Shown here one piece after another: positions 30,781-39,261 of a stretch of 62,000 nucleotides of DNA. Source of the stretch: Hyalangium minutum. GTDB taxonomy: Bacteria; Myxococcota; Myxococcia; Myxococcales; Myxococcaceae. The stretch spans positions 144,001-206,000 of the forward strand of contig NZ_JMCB01000001.1 in assembly GCF_000737315.1 (NCBI RefSeq), read 5' to 3'. The number at the start of each line of letters is the position of its first letter. Position 1 is the first letter of the stretch. The translations under genes and the position numbers were made by a program. The notes beneath the pieces are model-generated. The model searched no databases. It was not told where the DNA came from and saw only the letters and a program-made list of their open reading frames with translations.

Positions 30781-31694
30781 CTGGGCTCTCCTGTGCTCAC
30801 TTTCACCCTCTCCATCGCCGAGGGTGACATGCTCACTCCCGTCACACGCTCCGAGTACTCCCAGAGCTTGCGCGCTGTCTCGACATCGTACGAGCTCTTG
30901 CTCGAGCGCTCTTCCTGGCACTTGCGCCAGATCCCGCCAAAGTACTTGCCGCTCACGCCCTCCAGCTCCGGGGCTGACGCGGCCCAGACCTGCGTCACCG
31001 CGCCTTCCTCGGGCGTCAGAAACCCGAGCGACCTGACCGCCATGAGCATCGCCACGGCCGGCAGCAGGAAGACCGCGCCGGAGTTGGCGTTGATGCTGGT
31101 GGCGGCCGCCCCGGGATGGACGCAGTTGGCCGTCACGCCAGTTCCCTCCAGCCGCCGTGCCAGCTCGTAGGTGAACAGGACGTTGCACAGCTTGGAATGG
31201 GCGTACGACTTGAGCATGCTGTAGCCGCGCTCAAGCTGGAGATTGTCGAAGTCCAGGGCGTACTGCCCGTGCTTATAGGACGAGACGTTGACGATGCGGG
31301 AAGGAGCCCCCGCCCGGAGCGCCTCCAGCAATTGGAGCGTCAGGGCGAAGTGGCCCAGGTGGTTCACGCCCAACACCATCTCGAACCCGTCCACCGTCGT
31401 CCGCCGCTCGGGCAGCGCCAGGCCAGCGTTGTTGACCAGCGCATGGAGCCGGTCATACCGCGCGCTGAACTGCTCGACGAAGGAGCGGATGGAGGCCAGC
31501 GAGGCGAGATCGCAGAGCATCAGCTCCACCTCCCTGTTTCCAGAGCGGCCCCGCACCTCGTCCCGCGCGGCCTCACCTCGGGCCTTGTCACGGCACACCA
31601 TCACCACCCGGGCCCCTTGCCGCGCCAACGCCAACGCCGTCGCGCGCCCCAGCCCCGCATTGGCCCCCGTGATCAAACAAATCTTGTCTTGCAT
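30777..31694 (-). CDS. Short-chain dehydrogenase/reductase (retinol-dehydrogenase-like), copy 1
   Basis: TGANAGLG, NNAG, NHLGHF, SS, YAHSK. Confidence 0.94.
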   Translation of the reverse strand: MQDKICLITGANAGLGRATALALARQGARVVMVCRDKARGEAARDEVRGRSGNREVELMLCDLASLASIRSFVEQFSARYDRLHALVNNAGLALPERRTTVDGFEMVLGVNHLGHFALTLQLLEALRAGAPSRIVNVSSYKHGQYALDFDNLQLERGYSMLKSYAHSKLCNVLFTYELARRLEGTGVTANCVHPGAAATSINANSGAVFLLPAVAMLMAVRSLGFLTPEEGAVTQVWAASAPELEGVSGKYFGGIWRKCQEERSSKSSYDVETARKLWEYSERVTGVSMSPSAMERVKVSTGEPR

Positions 31695-31713
31695 CCCAGC
31701 CCCCACAAACGGC

Positions 31714-32373
31714 CTACCGGAAGAGGCTCGCGATCGCCGCTGGCAGCCCCGTGGGGCTCGCCCGGAAGTAGATGTCCAGGTGATCGTCATCCGTCCGGAC
31801 GGCCCGCAGCCCCACAACGGGGTTGATCGTCGCCAGGAAGCGGCGGATGCCCGGGTTGTTGGCAAAGTCAGGGCTCTTCAACAAGTCGAAGCACACCCGA
31901 TCATCTTGGGCCTCGACCAGGGTGGGGGGGCGCTCGGGCAGGTGCACCAGCAGGTTGGCCGGCTTGGTGAAGTCGAGCTCCCCCGACTTGATCTTCGCGA
32001 TGACCGGAGAGGTGCCGTCACCCTCGTCGAGGATCTCGGCCTTCATCTCCGAGACACGGAACTCCAAGCGCACCTCGTCCTTGTTGATGCGCAGATCATC
32101 CAGCGCGACCACGAGCGAAGCGCGGAGCAGCGAGGAGCCCAGGGCATCGAGTGTCGTGGTGAGCTTCAATCCCGGGGGCGCGGGCGAGATGATGACGTCC
32201 TTCTTGTGCCCCTGCCCCGAGACGAACGTACGGGCCAGGTAGCGCGGCACGGCCAGGGGGATGCCCAGCCGCAGCTTCATCATCCCTCGGATGGCCCGGG
32301 GAACCTCTTCTGGGTGCTCCTTGAGATACTCCTTCACCGCGAGGAAGAGCGTTTTGGCGTTCGGCTTGCTCAT
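31714..32373 (-). CDS. Hypothetical protein
   Basis: ATG 32373; coding-like codon usage; tightly spaced within the operon. Confidence 0.78.
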   Translation of the reverse strand: MSKPNAKTLFLAVKEYLKEHPEEVPRAIRGMMKLRLGIPLAVPRYLARTFVSGQGHKKDVIISPAPPGLKLTTTLDALGSSLLRASLVVALDDLRINKDEVRLEFRVSEMKAEILDEGDGTSPVIAKIKSGELDFTKPANLLVHLPERPPTLVEAQDDRVCFDLLKSPDFANNPGIRRFLATINPVVGLRAVRTDDDHLDIYFRASPTGLPAAIASLFR

Positions 32374-32440
32374 GGCTTGTGGCGACTTCCCTTCAGGCAA
32401 TGGGTGACGGTGCGGAGCCCAGGCCCCGGCCTCGGCGGGC

Positions 32441-33313
32441 TCAGGGCAGGGACACGCCGGTGAGCTGTTCGGACTCCTGCCATAGCTTGAGCGCCAGCGC
32501 CTCATCGTACGTAGCGGGGCTGGAGCGCTCCTCCTGGCATTTGCGGAAGACGCCTCCAAAGTACTTCCCGCTCACCCCGTCGAGCTCCGGCGCGCTCGCG
32601 GCCCAGATCTGGGTGTGGGCGCCCCACTCGGGGGTGGCCAGGCCGAACGCCCGCAGCGTCAGGGCCAGCCCAATGAAGGGGAGCATGGCAATGGAGCCGG
32701 AGTTGCTCCCCATGCTGGTCGCGGCCCCTCCCGGGTGCACACAGTTGGTGGTCACCTTCGTGCCACGCAGGCGGCGCGCAAGCTCGTAGGTGAAGAGCAC
32801 ATTGCACAGCTTCGACCGGGAGTACGCCTTCATCATGCCGTAGCCGCGCTCCAGCTGGAGATCATTGAAGTCCAGCGGGTACTGGCCGTGCTTGAAGGAA
32901 GAGACGTTGACGATGCGGGAGGGCTGGCCGGCCTTGAGCGCGTCCAGCAGCAGCAGCGTCAGCGCGAAGTGGCCCAGGTGGTTGACCCCGAAGACCATCT
33001 CGAAGCCGTCCCCCGTCTGGGCCCGCTTGGGGAGCGTGACGCCGGCATTGTTCACGAGGACATGCAGCTGGGAGTACTTCGCCTTGAACTGCTCGACGAA
33101 GGAGCGAATCGAGGCGAGCGAAGCCAGATCGCAGAGCATCAGCTCCACCGCGTCGTTGCCCGTCCGGCCCCGGATCTCGTCCCGGGCTGCCGCTCCCCGC
33201 TCGCGGTCGCGGCTCATCACCACCACCGTGGCGCCCTTCGCCGCGAGCGCCATCGCCGTGGCCCGCCCCAATCCGGCGTTCGCCCCGGTGACAATACACA
33301 CTTTGCCTTCCAT
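32441..33313 (-). CDS. Short-chain dehydrogenase/reductase (retinol-dehydrogenase-like), copy 2
   Basis: TGANAGLG, NNAG, YSRSK; near-collinear paralog of 30777-31694. Confidence 0.94.
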   Translation of the reverse strand: MEGKVCIVTGANAGLGRATAMALAAKGATVVVMSRDRERGAAARDEIRGRTGNDAVELMLCDLASLASIRSFVEQFKAKYSQLHVLVNNAGVTLPKRAQTGDGFEMVFGVNHLGHFALTLLLLDALKAGQPSRIVNVSSFKHGQYPLDFNDLQLERGYGMMKAYSRSKLCNVLFTYELARRLRGTKVTTNCVHPGGAATSMGSNSGSIAMLPFIGLALTLRAFGLATPEWGAHTQIWAASAPELDGVSGKYFGGVFRKCQEERSSPATYDEALALKLWQESEQLTGVSLP

Positions 33314-33479
33314 GATTCTGGAGTCCTAGGAGTCTGGTAGGGGGTCAGGCGTCCAAGGAGACCAGCCGATCTGGTGCATTGCGCGTCTGTGCGCGTCCCC
33401 GGCACCACCTTGGGCTCGGGGGAGGCCAGATCGATGATCCAGTCGCCTCCCCCTCGCTACTGAATCCGGAACACAATGA

Positions 33480-34187
33480 TCAGGCGTAGATGCTGGGGCC
33501 CGTGCCGTGGCGCCAGAACTGCGGCTTGATATCGGGGATGCCCAGCTCGCGGCGAACATCGTCGATGGGACGCTCCCACATGTCCTCGAACTTCAGATCG
33601 CACATGAACCGGACGGTCTTGCCCAGCTTGAAGCCCAAGTCCCAGCCCGCCTGCAGCTCCTTGGCCCGATCCGGCTTGAGCAGCTTGTAGACGTGGAAGC
33701 CCGCCTTGAACAACGGGACGATCTCGGGCGGCAGGCTGCAGTTCTGCGCCTCGGCGAACGCCGTCACGCTGTACTCACCCGGCATGGTCGTTTCGAAGCC
33801 CAGCAGCAGGTGATACATGTCGTGCATGGCCGTGAAGCGCACGGCGAAGGTGTTGCGCTTGAACACCTCCTGCAGGTAGTGGTCGTCGTCGCTGATCTCG
33901 AAGGGGTTCAGCTTGTTGTCGTCGAGGAACCGCATGTACTCGCGGCCGAGCGTCCCGTCGGGCATCTGGCGCAGCGCACCCCGGTCCACCTTCGGCAGGT
34001 AGCCCCGCACTGCCTCCAGGCGCTTCTGGATCTCCGGGGGGCCGATGTAGTCCATGGCGTCCAGCTTGTAGATCTGGAAGTCACCAAAGCGGCTTGGATC
34101 ATTCGATGTCTGGAGCGCAAGCAAGAGCGACTTCGGCCGAATGGTCCGGCGCGGCAACAATGAACGATTCTCCAAGATCGACAGCAT
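33480..34187 (-). CDS. Coq4-family protein (copy 2)
   Basis: LRQMPDGTLGREYMRFL and HDMYH..LGFETTMPGE. Confidence 0.85.
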   Translation of the reverse strand: MLSILENRSLLPRRTIRPKSLLLALQTSNDPSRFGDFQIYKLDAMDYIGPPEIQKRLEAVRGYLPKVDRGALRQMPDGTLGREYMRFLDDNKLNPFEISDDDHYLQEVFKRNTFAVRFTAMHDMYHLLLGFETTMPGEYSVTAFAEAQNCSLPPEIVPLFKAGFHVYKLLKPDRAKELQAGWDLGFKLGKTVRFMCDLKFEDMWERPIDDVRRELGIPDIKPQFWRHGTGPSIYA

Positions 34188-34260
34188 GGCGACTCCTCAC
34201 TTTCACGTGAGCCCAGAGGGCAGCTTCCGCCCTGGGCTACGGACAATACAGAGTGTACAG

Positions 34261-34290
34261 ATTAAACGGGATTTTGCATGACCTTGTCAA
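34261..34290 (-). promoter_or_regulatory. Putative sigma70-type promoter for the Coq4-SDR operon
   Basis: Minus strand TTGACA (34290-34285), 18-bp spacer, TTTAAT (34266-34261), in an AT-rich intergenic patch. Confidence 0.55.
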
Positions 34291-34333
34291 GAAAACGACG
34301 GGTGAGTGGCCTTTCGGGAAGCGGCAGGAGCCG

Positions 34334-35101
34334 TCAGGTGCCCTGCGCCCCCCCCGAAAGCGCTCGGATCAGCTCATCCGCATAGCGAGGCCCTTCCTGG
34401 AACAGGAAGAAGTGGCCGCCTGGGAAGACTCTAGCGGAGAACACCTGCTGCGTCTCCTCGCGCCAGGCCTCCAGGGCTGGCTCGGGGGTGTCGGGGTCAT
34501 CCTTCCCCCCCCAAGCGGTGAGGGGGCAGCCAAGGGGAGGCTCGGGGGTGTACCGGTAGCGCTCGAACATCGCGAAGTCGTTGCGAAGCACCGGGGTCAG
34601 CATTTCCATCATCTCTCGGTGGGCAAGCACCTCTGGAGGGCTGCCGCCGAGTTTGCGCACCTCCTCGCGGAAGGGCTCGTCGGGCAGCGCACTCAATGGA
34701 CGCGGAATGGGGCGAACCCGAGGGGCGGGAGAACCCGAGACGATCAGGTGCGCGGGCCCTGGAAGCTGGAGCTGCCGTAGCCGCCGCGCCAGTTCGAAGG
34801 CCACCAGCGCTCCGAGGCTGTGCCCGAAGAGCGCCAGCGGGACATCCATCAGCGGGCGCAGCGCGGGGAGCAGCGCGTCGATCAGCGCAGTGGCGGAGTC
34901 AATCCGCTTGTCGCCCCAGCGGCTCCCGCGGCCCGGAGCATCCACCGCGCACAGCTCGACGTGAGGGGGCATCCGGGCAGCCCAGCTGTTGAAGGTAGCG
35001 GCACCGCCCCCCGCGTGGGGGAAACACACCACGCGCAAGGAGGCTCGGGCTTGGGGCCGGCGGAAGGGAAACCACCGCTGTGGCTGGGACGCAGTGCTCA
35101 C
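34334..35101 (-). CDS. Type II thioesterase (copy 2)
   Basis: GTG start after AGGAG. VCFPHAGGG, LFGHSLGA, VFPGGHFFL. Confidence 0.93.
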   Translation of the reverse strand: MSTASQPQRWFPFRRPQARASLRVVCFPHAGGGAATFNSWAARMPPHVELCAVDAPGRGSRWGDKRIDSATALIDALLPALRPLMDVPLALFGHSLGALVAFELARRLRQLQLPGPAHLIVSGSPAPRVRPIPRPLSALPDEPFREEVRKLGGSPPEVLAHREMMEMLTPVLRNDFAMFERYRYTPEPPLGCPLTAWGGKDDPDTPEPALEAWREETQQVFSARVFPGGHFFLFQEGPRYADELIRALSGGAQGT

Positions 35102-35190
35102 GATGCAGGCTCCTGTTTCAGGCTCCTCCATACCATTGGATTCGTGAGTCTGTAGCGGGCTGTCCGTCATCCTGCGCGGCGCCCTGTGGA

Positions 35191-35514
35191 TCAGCGGGAG
35201 TTCTTCAAGCTCCCCACCGTCAGCCCCGTCATCTGAGGTGCCACGCGGTTGATGCCATCCCCGGAGGAGCGCGCCAGCGTCTGCGCGGGAGCTCCCGCAC
35301 GGGCCGGTGCTGTGCCCTTGCCGCCTGGAGAGCCCCGGAGCAGCTCGCGGACCCGGTTCCAGCGGGCCTTCTCGTCGGCCAGCAGGCGGGCCAGTTCGTC
35401 GCGCGCCGCCGGGTCCTGGAGCCCACTGGCCGCCGCCGCCACCTTGTCGAGGAACGGCATCAGGTAGCCAAAGTCCCTGTCGAACGCGTCCGGATTCGCC
35501 ACATGCACCTCCAC
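35191..35514 (-). CDS. Small hypothetical protein, last gene of the peptidoglycan-binding operon
   Basis: Helical N-terminal ~60 aa (FDRDFGYLMPFLDKV...EKARWNRVRELL) with a low-complexity tail; same strand and close spacing. Confidence 0.7.
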   Translation of the reverse strand: MEVHVANPDAFDRDFGYLMPFLDKVAAAASGLQDPAARDELARLLADEKARWNRVRELLRGSPGGKGTAPARAGAPAQTLARSSGDGINRVAPQMTGLTVGSLKNSR

Positions 35515-35567
35515 CGGGAAAACGGCGCCACCCTACCCCATTGCCGCGCGCGCGCCCAAGCGAAGCC

Positions 35568-37061
35568 TCAGCCGTTGTCATCCAGCTCACCCGGGATGGC
35601 CACCCCCTCCGGGTTGTAGACAGTGTGCGGCCCCACCTCCTTGAGGAGAGCCTTCATCCAGTCGGGGATGGTACCGATGGTCGCGGGAGCCAGGGCCCTG
35701 CGCACATAGGTCCAGTCGGTCCGCCCGTTGTCGAGCGAGCTCACCACCAGCAGGGGCTCTCCCACGGAGACAGGACCGAGGTCTACCAGGCGCTTGGCTC
35801 GCGGGGTTTCCTCCTGCATCAACACCTTCGCCAGGTCTCCCCGAGGGCTGTAGAACACCCACCACGCCACGGTCCGGAAGGTCTTCGCCTCTTGCTCGGG
35901 GGTGCCTGGAGTCTCCGGCGGATTCCAGTCTGGGAGCGAGCGCAGCGCGTACTGACACCGAGCAATGGTGTAGTTGGCCGTCTCTTCGGCGCCCCACATC
36001 CGCAGCAGGCGGCTCATGAAGACGAGGCCCTCGGGCACTTCCAGATCCTTCTCTTCGATGCGCACCTTCTTCTTGGTCTTGGCGGAGAATGGCAGCTTGG
36101 CCACGAAGAGCCGCGCCAGGCCATACGGGCGCGTCTTCTTCATCCGATCGATCCCCGATTGGAGCTGCGCATCGGACCGGGCTGCGGGAGTCCCCAGACC
36201 TCCGTACCGGCCTCCTATTTTCGGATCCGTCTTGGAGCCGGGGATGAAGCTGCGCACCAGCAACGAGCCTTCATTGTCGTAGTTGCCGCTGTAGTCCCAC
36301 TTGGGAGCGCAGGAAGGCGCGGGCCTCGGAGCATCCTGGGCTGCCCCGGTGTCGAAGAGCTGTGCCTGCTTCTTCCCGTCGGTATCCACGCGCAGGATGC
36401 TCACCACGTGGGAGCCCTTCTGCTTGGTGCCGTCCGGATCGCGCCCCACCCAGCTGTAGCAAGAGCCCTGCTGGAGCGGGTGCGAGGCCTTCATGGCATC
36501 CGCGAACCTCAGGGGGCCGCCTTTGTCCCAGTGGCCACCCTCGGACGTGAAGACCTTGAGCCCGTCATTGCCGTCGCAGTCGATGCCGACGCCGTTGACG
36601 TAGGACATGCCATAGCCACGGGACAGCACCGTGTACGACACCAGCATCTGGCACGCGCAGCAGACAGCGACGAAGGGCTGCGCGCCCTCGCTGAAGCTCT
36701 TGTAGATGTCCTGGATGGGAACGGCGTTGCCCGTCTCGACGTCCGGACCGTCATAAGCGGTGCCCAGCAGCAGCTCGCTGATGCCCCGGGCCCACTGCTC
36801 CTCGAGCAGCGGCCGCCCCGACTTGAGGATCTTCAGCTGCATCGGGTGGGCGTCTGGATCGTAGATGTTCCACTGCTTGTTCCACAGGTTCCAGTACTCC
36901 CCCGCACACCACAGCCCATCCAAGGGGAGGTTCATCCGGAAGGCGATCATCTTCAGCACTTCCGCCGCCCCTTGATCACGTGGCTTGGGGATCTTGTCGA
37001 CGTTGATGAGTTCGACGAGGCGGGGGAAGCCCTTGCGCTCGGGGGCTGCGGTGGATGCCAT
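35568..37061 (-). CDS. Hypothetical protein, possible papain-fold (Cys-His-Asp) effector
   Basis: 497 aa; candidate triad ACQML ... GSHVV ... LFDTG; starts 4 nt after the upstream stop. Confidence 0.75.
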   Translation of the reverse strand: MASTAAPERKGFPRLVELINVDKIPKPRDQGAAEVLKMIAFRMNLPLDGLWCAGEYWNLWNKQWNIYDPDAHPMQLKILKSGRPLLEEQWARGISELLLGTAYDGPDVETGNAVPIQDIYKSFSEGAQPFVAVCCACQMLVSYTVLSRGYGMSYVNGVGIDCDGNDGLKVFTSEGGHWDKGGPLRFADAMKASHPLQQGSCYSWVGRDPDGTKQKGSHVVSILRVDTDGKKQAQLFDTGAAQDAPRPAPSCAPKWDYSGNYDNEGSLLVRSFIPGSKTDPKIGGRYGGLGTPAARSDAQLQSGIDRMKKTRPYGLARLFVAKLPFSAKTKKKVRIEEKDLEVPEGLVFMSRLLRMWGAEETANYTIARCQYALRSLPDWNPPETPGTPEQEAKTFRTVAWWVFYSPRGDLAKVLMQEETPRAKRLVDLGPVSVGEPLLVVSSLDNGRTDWTYVRRALAPATIGTIPDWMKALLKEVGPHTVYNPEGVAIPGELDDNG

Positions 37062-37065
37062 GTGC

Positions 37066-38580
37066 CTATGCCTCCTGGGCCTCGAGCCCCTCGCGGTGCA
37101 CGCGATCGACGGCCTGCGCGAACGGCTCGCCCTCCGCTTCGGGATGATCCGCCAGGAAGTGCTGCCGGTTCTCCTCGGGGTCTTTCGAGGTGTAACCCAG
37201 GTTGTGCAGCTGGCGCTCCGTGTCGGGCGTCTCCTGCTCCTCGGTGCCCAGGTAGATCACCCGCGAGTAGAGGTAGCGAGGCTCCTCCGTCCCCGGCGCG
37301 CTGGCCTTGCCCTGGACGTGCTCGGAGGTGGGGTAAGCGCCCCACTCGAGCTCGCAGGCGCCCCCCGCGTAGACGTTCTGCTCGATCAGAAGCCCTTCGG
37401 CCGAGGCCCGGCCCTCGCGCACCTGCGAGCCCACCGTCAGACGGTAGGGCGCTCCAGACTCCCGCTCCACCGGGTCGTCGCTCTCGGGGTTGGCCCCCAT
37501 GCGCCGGCCGTGGTGATCCATGAGGTACAGCGACACCGTCTCCCGCACGCCCTCGCACGGCGAGCCCCGCGCCAGCCGGTCATAGAAGGCACACGCGAAG
37601 GTCCTCCCGCCCGTCAGGTGCTCGCGCTGCGCTCCCCGCGGGTTGCGGCGCGCCTCTCCATCCGGCCAGAACTTCGCCTTGCAGCCCGCGGGGCCCTCGC
37701 TGACGGTGGGACAGGGCCACTGCTCCGGGGTGATGTTCAGCGCGGGGTCGAACATGTAGATGACCACGCGCCGGTTGGGCATGTTCGCCGCGTCGCGCTC
37801 GGCCTTGCGCGCGGGCTTCTGGTATTCGGCGGCGGCCTGCTCCGAGAAGACGCGCACGGGGTTGAACTCGCCGCAGCCCTGGTAGGCACACTTGCCTCCG
37901 GCGCTGGGGCCTCGCGAGAGGAAGTCCTCCGGCACGTACTGGAAGGGGACACCCTGCTCGTCCACGCAGAGCGCGTCCATGTACGCGAGGAAGAGCTTGG
38001 CGCGCGTGCCTCCGTCCGGGAACCCCGTCCCGGGCAGGCCGTTGTCTTGCTGGAAGGCCTTCACGGCCTTCGTCGTGGGATTGTCCAGGTAGCCCGTGGG
38101 CGCCGCCTGCAGGTAACCCAGCTGCGTCAACATCATCTGGATCTGCCGGGTGCCCCACTTGTCCCCTCCGTGCGGGGAGCTGTAGAGCTTCTCCCAGAGC
38201 GCCACGTCACGGGTGAGCAGGCCGTAGACGGAAGTGGCCCGGCGGCCGGCCAGCACTTTGTTGTACTCGTCCTGGCCCGAGGGGTCGGCGTGGCCGAACA
38301 CGCTCAGCAGCAGCGCCTTGCCTGTGTCGTCCGGGCCAGGCGGGCGCTGGCGGGCCAGCAGCTGGAACTCGTGCGTGCCGGCAGGCAACAGGAACGACGA
38401 GTCAAAGTCGAACCGCAGATCATCGATGCGCCAGCACGCCGAGGGGCGGAGCCGGGGCCGGAGCGTGCTGTACGCCTCCTTGTCCGTGGGCGCCACCACG
38501 TAGGGAATGGGGGCCTCGCCGTGCTTGGCGGCGGTGCCCCCATCCGAGATCAGCGCGCCTTCCATCAAGTTCCTGGCCAT
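37066..38580 (-). CDS. OmpA-like domain protein with an inserted peptidoglycan-binding (PG_binding_1) domain
   Basis: OmpA motifs FDFDSSFL, FGHADPSGQDEYNKVLAGRRATSV and PNRRV. PG-binding motif IQMMLTQLGY...TTKAVKAFQQDNGL lies between them. Confidence 0.82.
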   Translation of the reverse strand: MARNLMEGALISDGGTAAKHGEAPIPYVVAPTDKEAYSTLRPRLRPSACWRIDDLRFDFDSSFLLPAGTHEFQLLARQRPPGPDDTGKALLLSVFGHADPSGQDEYNKVLAGRRATSVYGLLTRDVALWEKLYSSPHGGDKWGTRQIQMMLTQLGYLQAAPTGYLDNPTTKAVKAFQQDNGLPGTGFPDGGTRAKLFLAYMDALCVDEQGVPFQYVPEDFLSRGPSAGGKCAYQGCGEFNPVRVFSEQAAAEYQKPARKAERDAANMPNRRVVIYMFDPALNITPEQWPCPTVSEGPAGCKAKFWPDGEARRNPRGAQREHLTGGRTFACAFYDRLARGSPCEGVRETVSLYLMDHHGRRMGANPESDDPVERESGAPYRLTVGSQVREGRASAEGLLIEQNVYAGGACELEWGAYPTSEHVQGKASAPGTEEPRYLYSRVIYLGTEEQETPDTERQLHNLGYTSKDPEENRQHFLADHPEAEGEPFAQAVDRVHREGLEAQEA

Positions 38581-38595
38581 GGTGAGTCCTCGCGG

Positions 38596-39231
38596 CTAGG
38601 AGCCGTGCTCCGTGGCGAGCTGCTCCGCGATCCCCGAGTCCAGCGCCCCTGTGACATCCAGGCCGTTCTCGTGCTGGAACAACTCGAGCGCGAAGCGGGT
38701 CCACTCCATCGTGTCCGGGTTCAGGTACCGGGGATCGTCCGCCGGATAGCCGAGGTTGCTGAGCCGCCCCGCCAGCCCCGTGGGCTCCGGCAGCGGATCC
38801 AGGCCGCCAATGGCCAGATCGAACACCAGATCCCCCACCTCCAGCGTGCCGCTCGTCGCGGTCTTGTCCACCGAGGCCTGAACGTAGCCATCCCCGTCCG
38901 TCGTCAGCTCCTCGGAGTAATGCCCCACCTTCAGCACGCACGGTGCATCGGGGATGGGCTCGCCGCGCAGGTCCAGCACCCGCAGGCGCAGCTGGAGCTT
39001 TCCGGTGTGCACGGTGAGCTTGTGCTTCTTCCCGGTTGCCAGCGTGAAGCGCGCGGGCGGGAGCTCGGGGATCCACACCTCGTCATCGGGCAGCAGCATC
39101 AGCGGGCTCGCGCGGCTCTGCCGGAGCTGCGCGTTCTGGGAGTCGTTCCAGATCGTCTCGAAGTTCTCGAAGCCATACGCCGAGGCGATGCTCGCCAGAT
39201 GCTCGCCCTGTTTGACCTTATGGATGGGCAT
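38596..39231 (-). CDS. LysM + PG_binding_1 domain protein
   Basis: LysM: HKVKQGEHLASIASAYG..IWN...LLPDDEVWIP. PG-binding: RLSNLGY...LELFQHENGLDVTG. Confidence 0.85.
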   Translation of the reverse strand: MPIHKVKQGEHLASIASAYGFENFETIWNDSQNAQLRQSRASPLMLLPDDEVWIPELPPARFTLATGKKHKLTVHTGKLQLRLRVLDLRGEPIPDAPCVLKVGHYSEELTTDGDGYVQASVDKTATSGTLEVGDLVFDLAIGGLDPLPEPTGLAGRLSNLGYPADDPRYLNPDTMEWTRFALELFQHENGLDVTGALDSGIAEQLATEHGS

Positions 39232-39261
39232 GGCGCTCCCTCGGGCCCGGGCCGTGCGATG

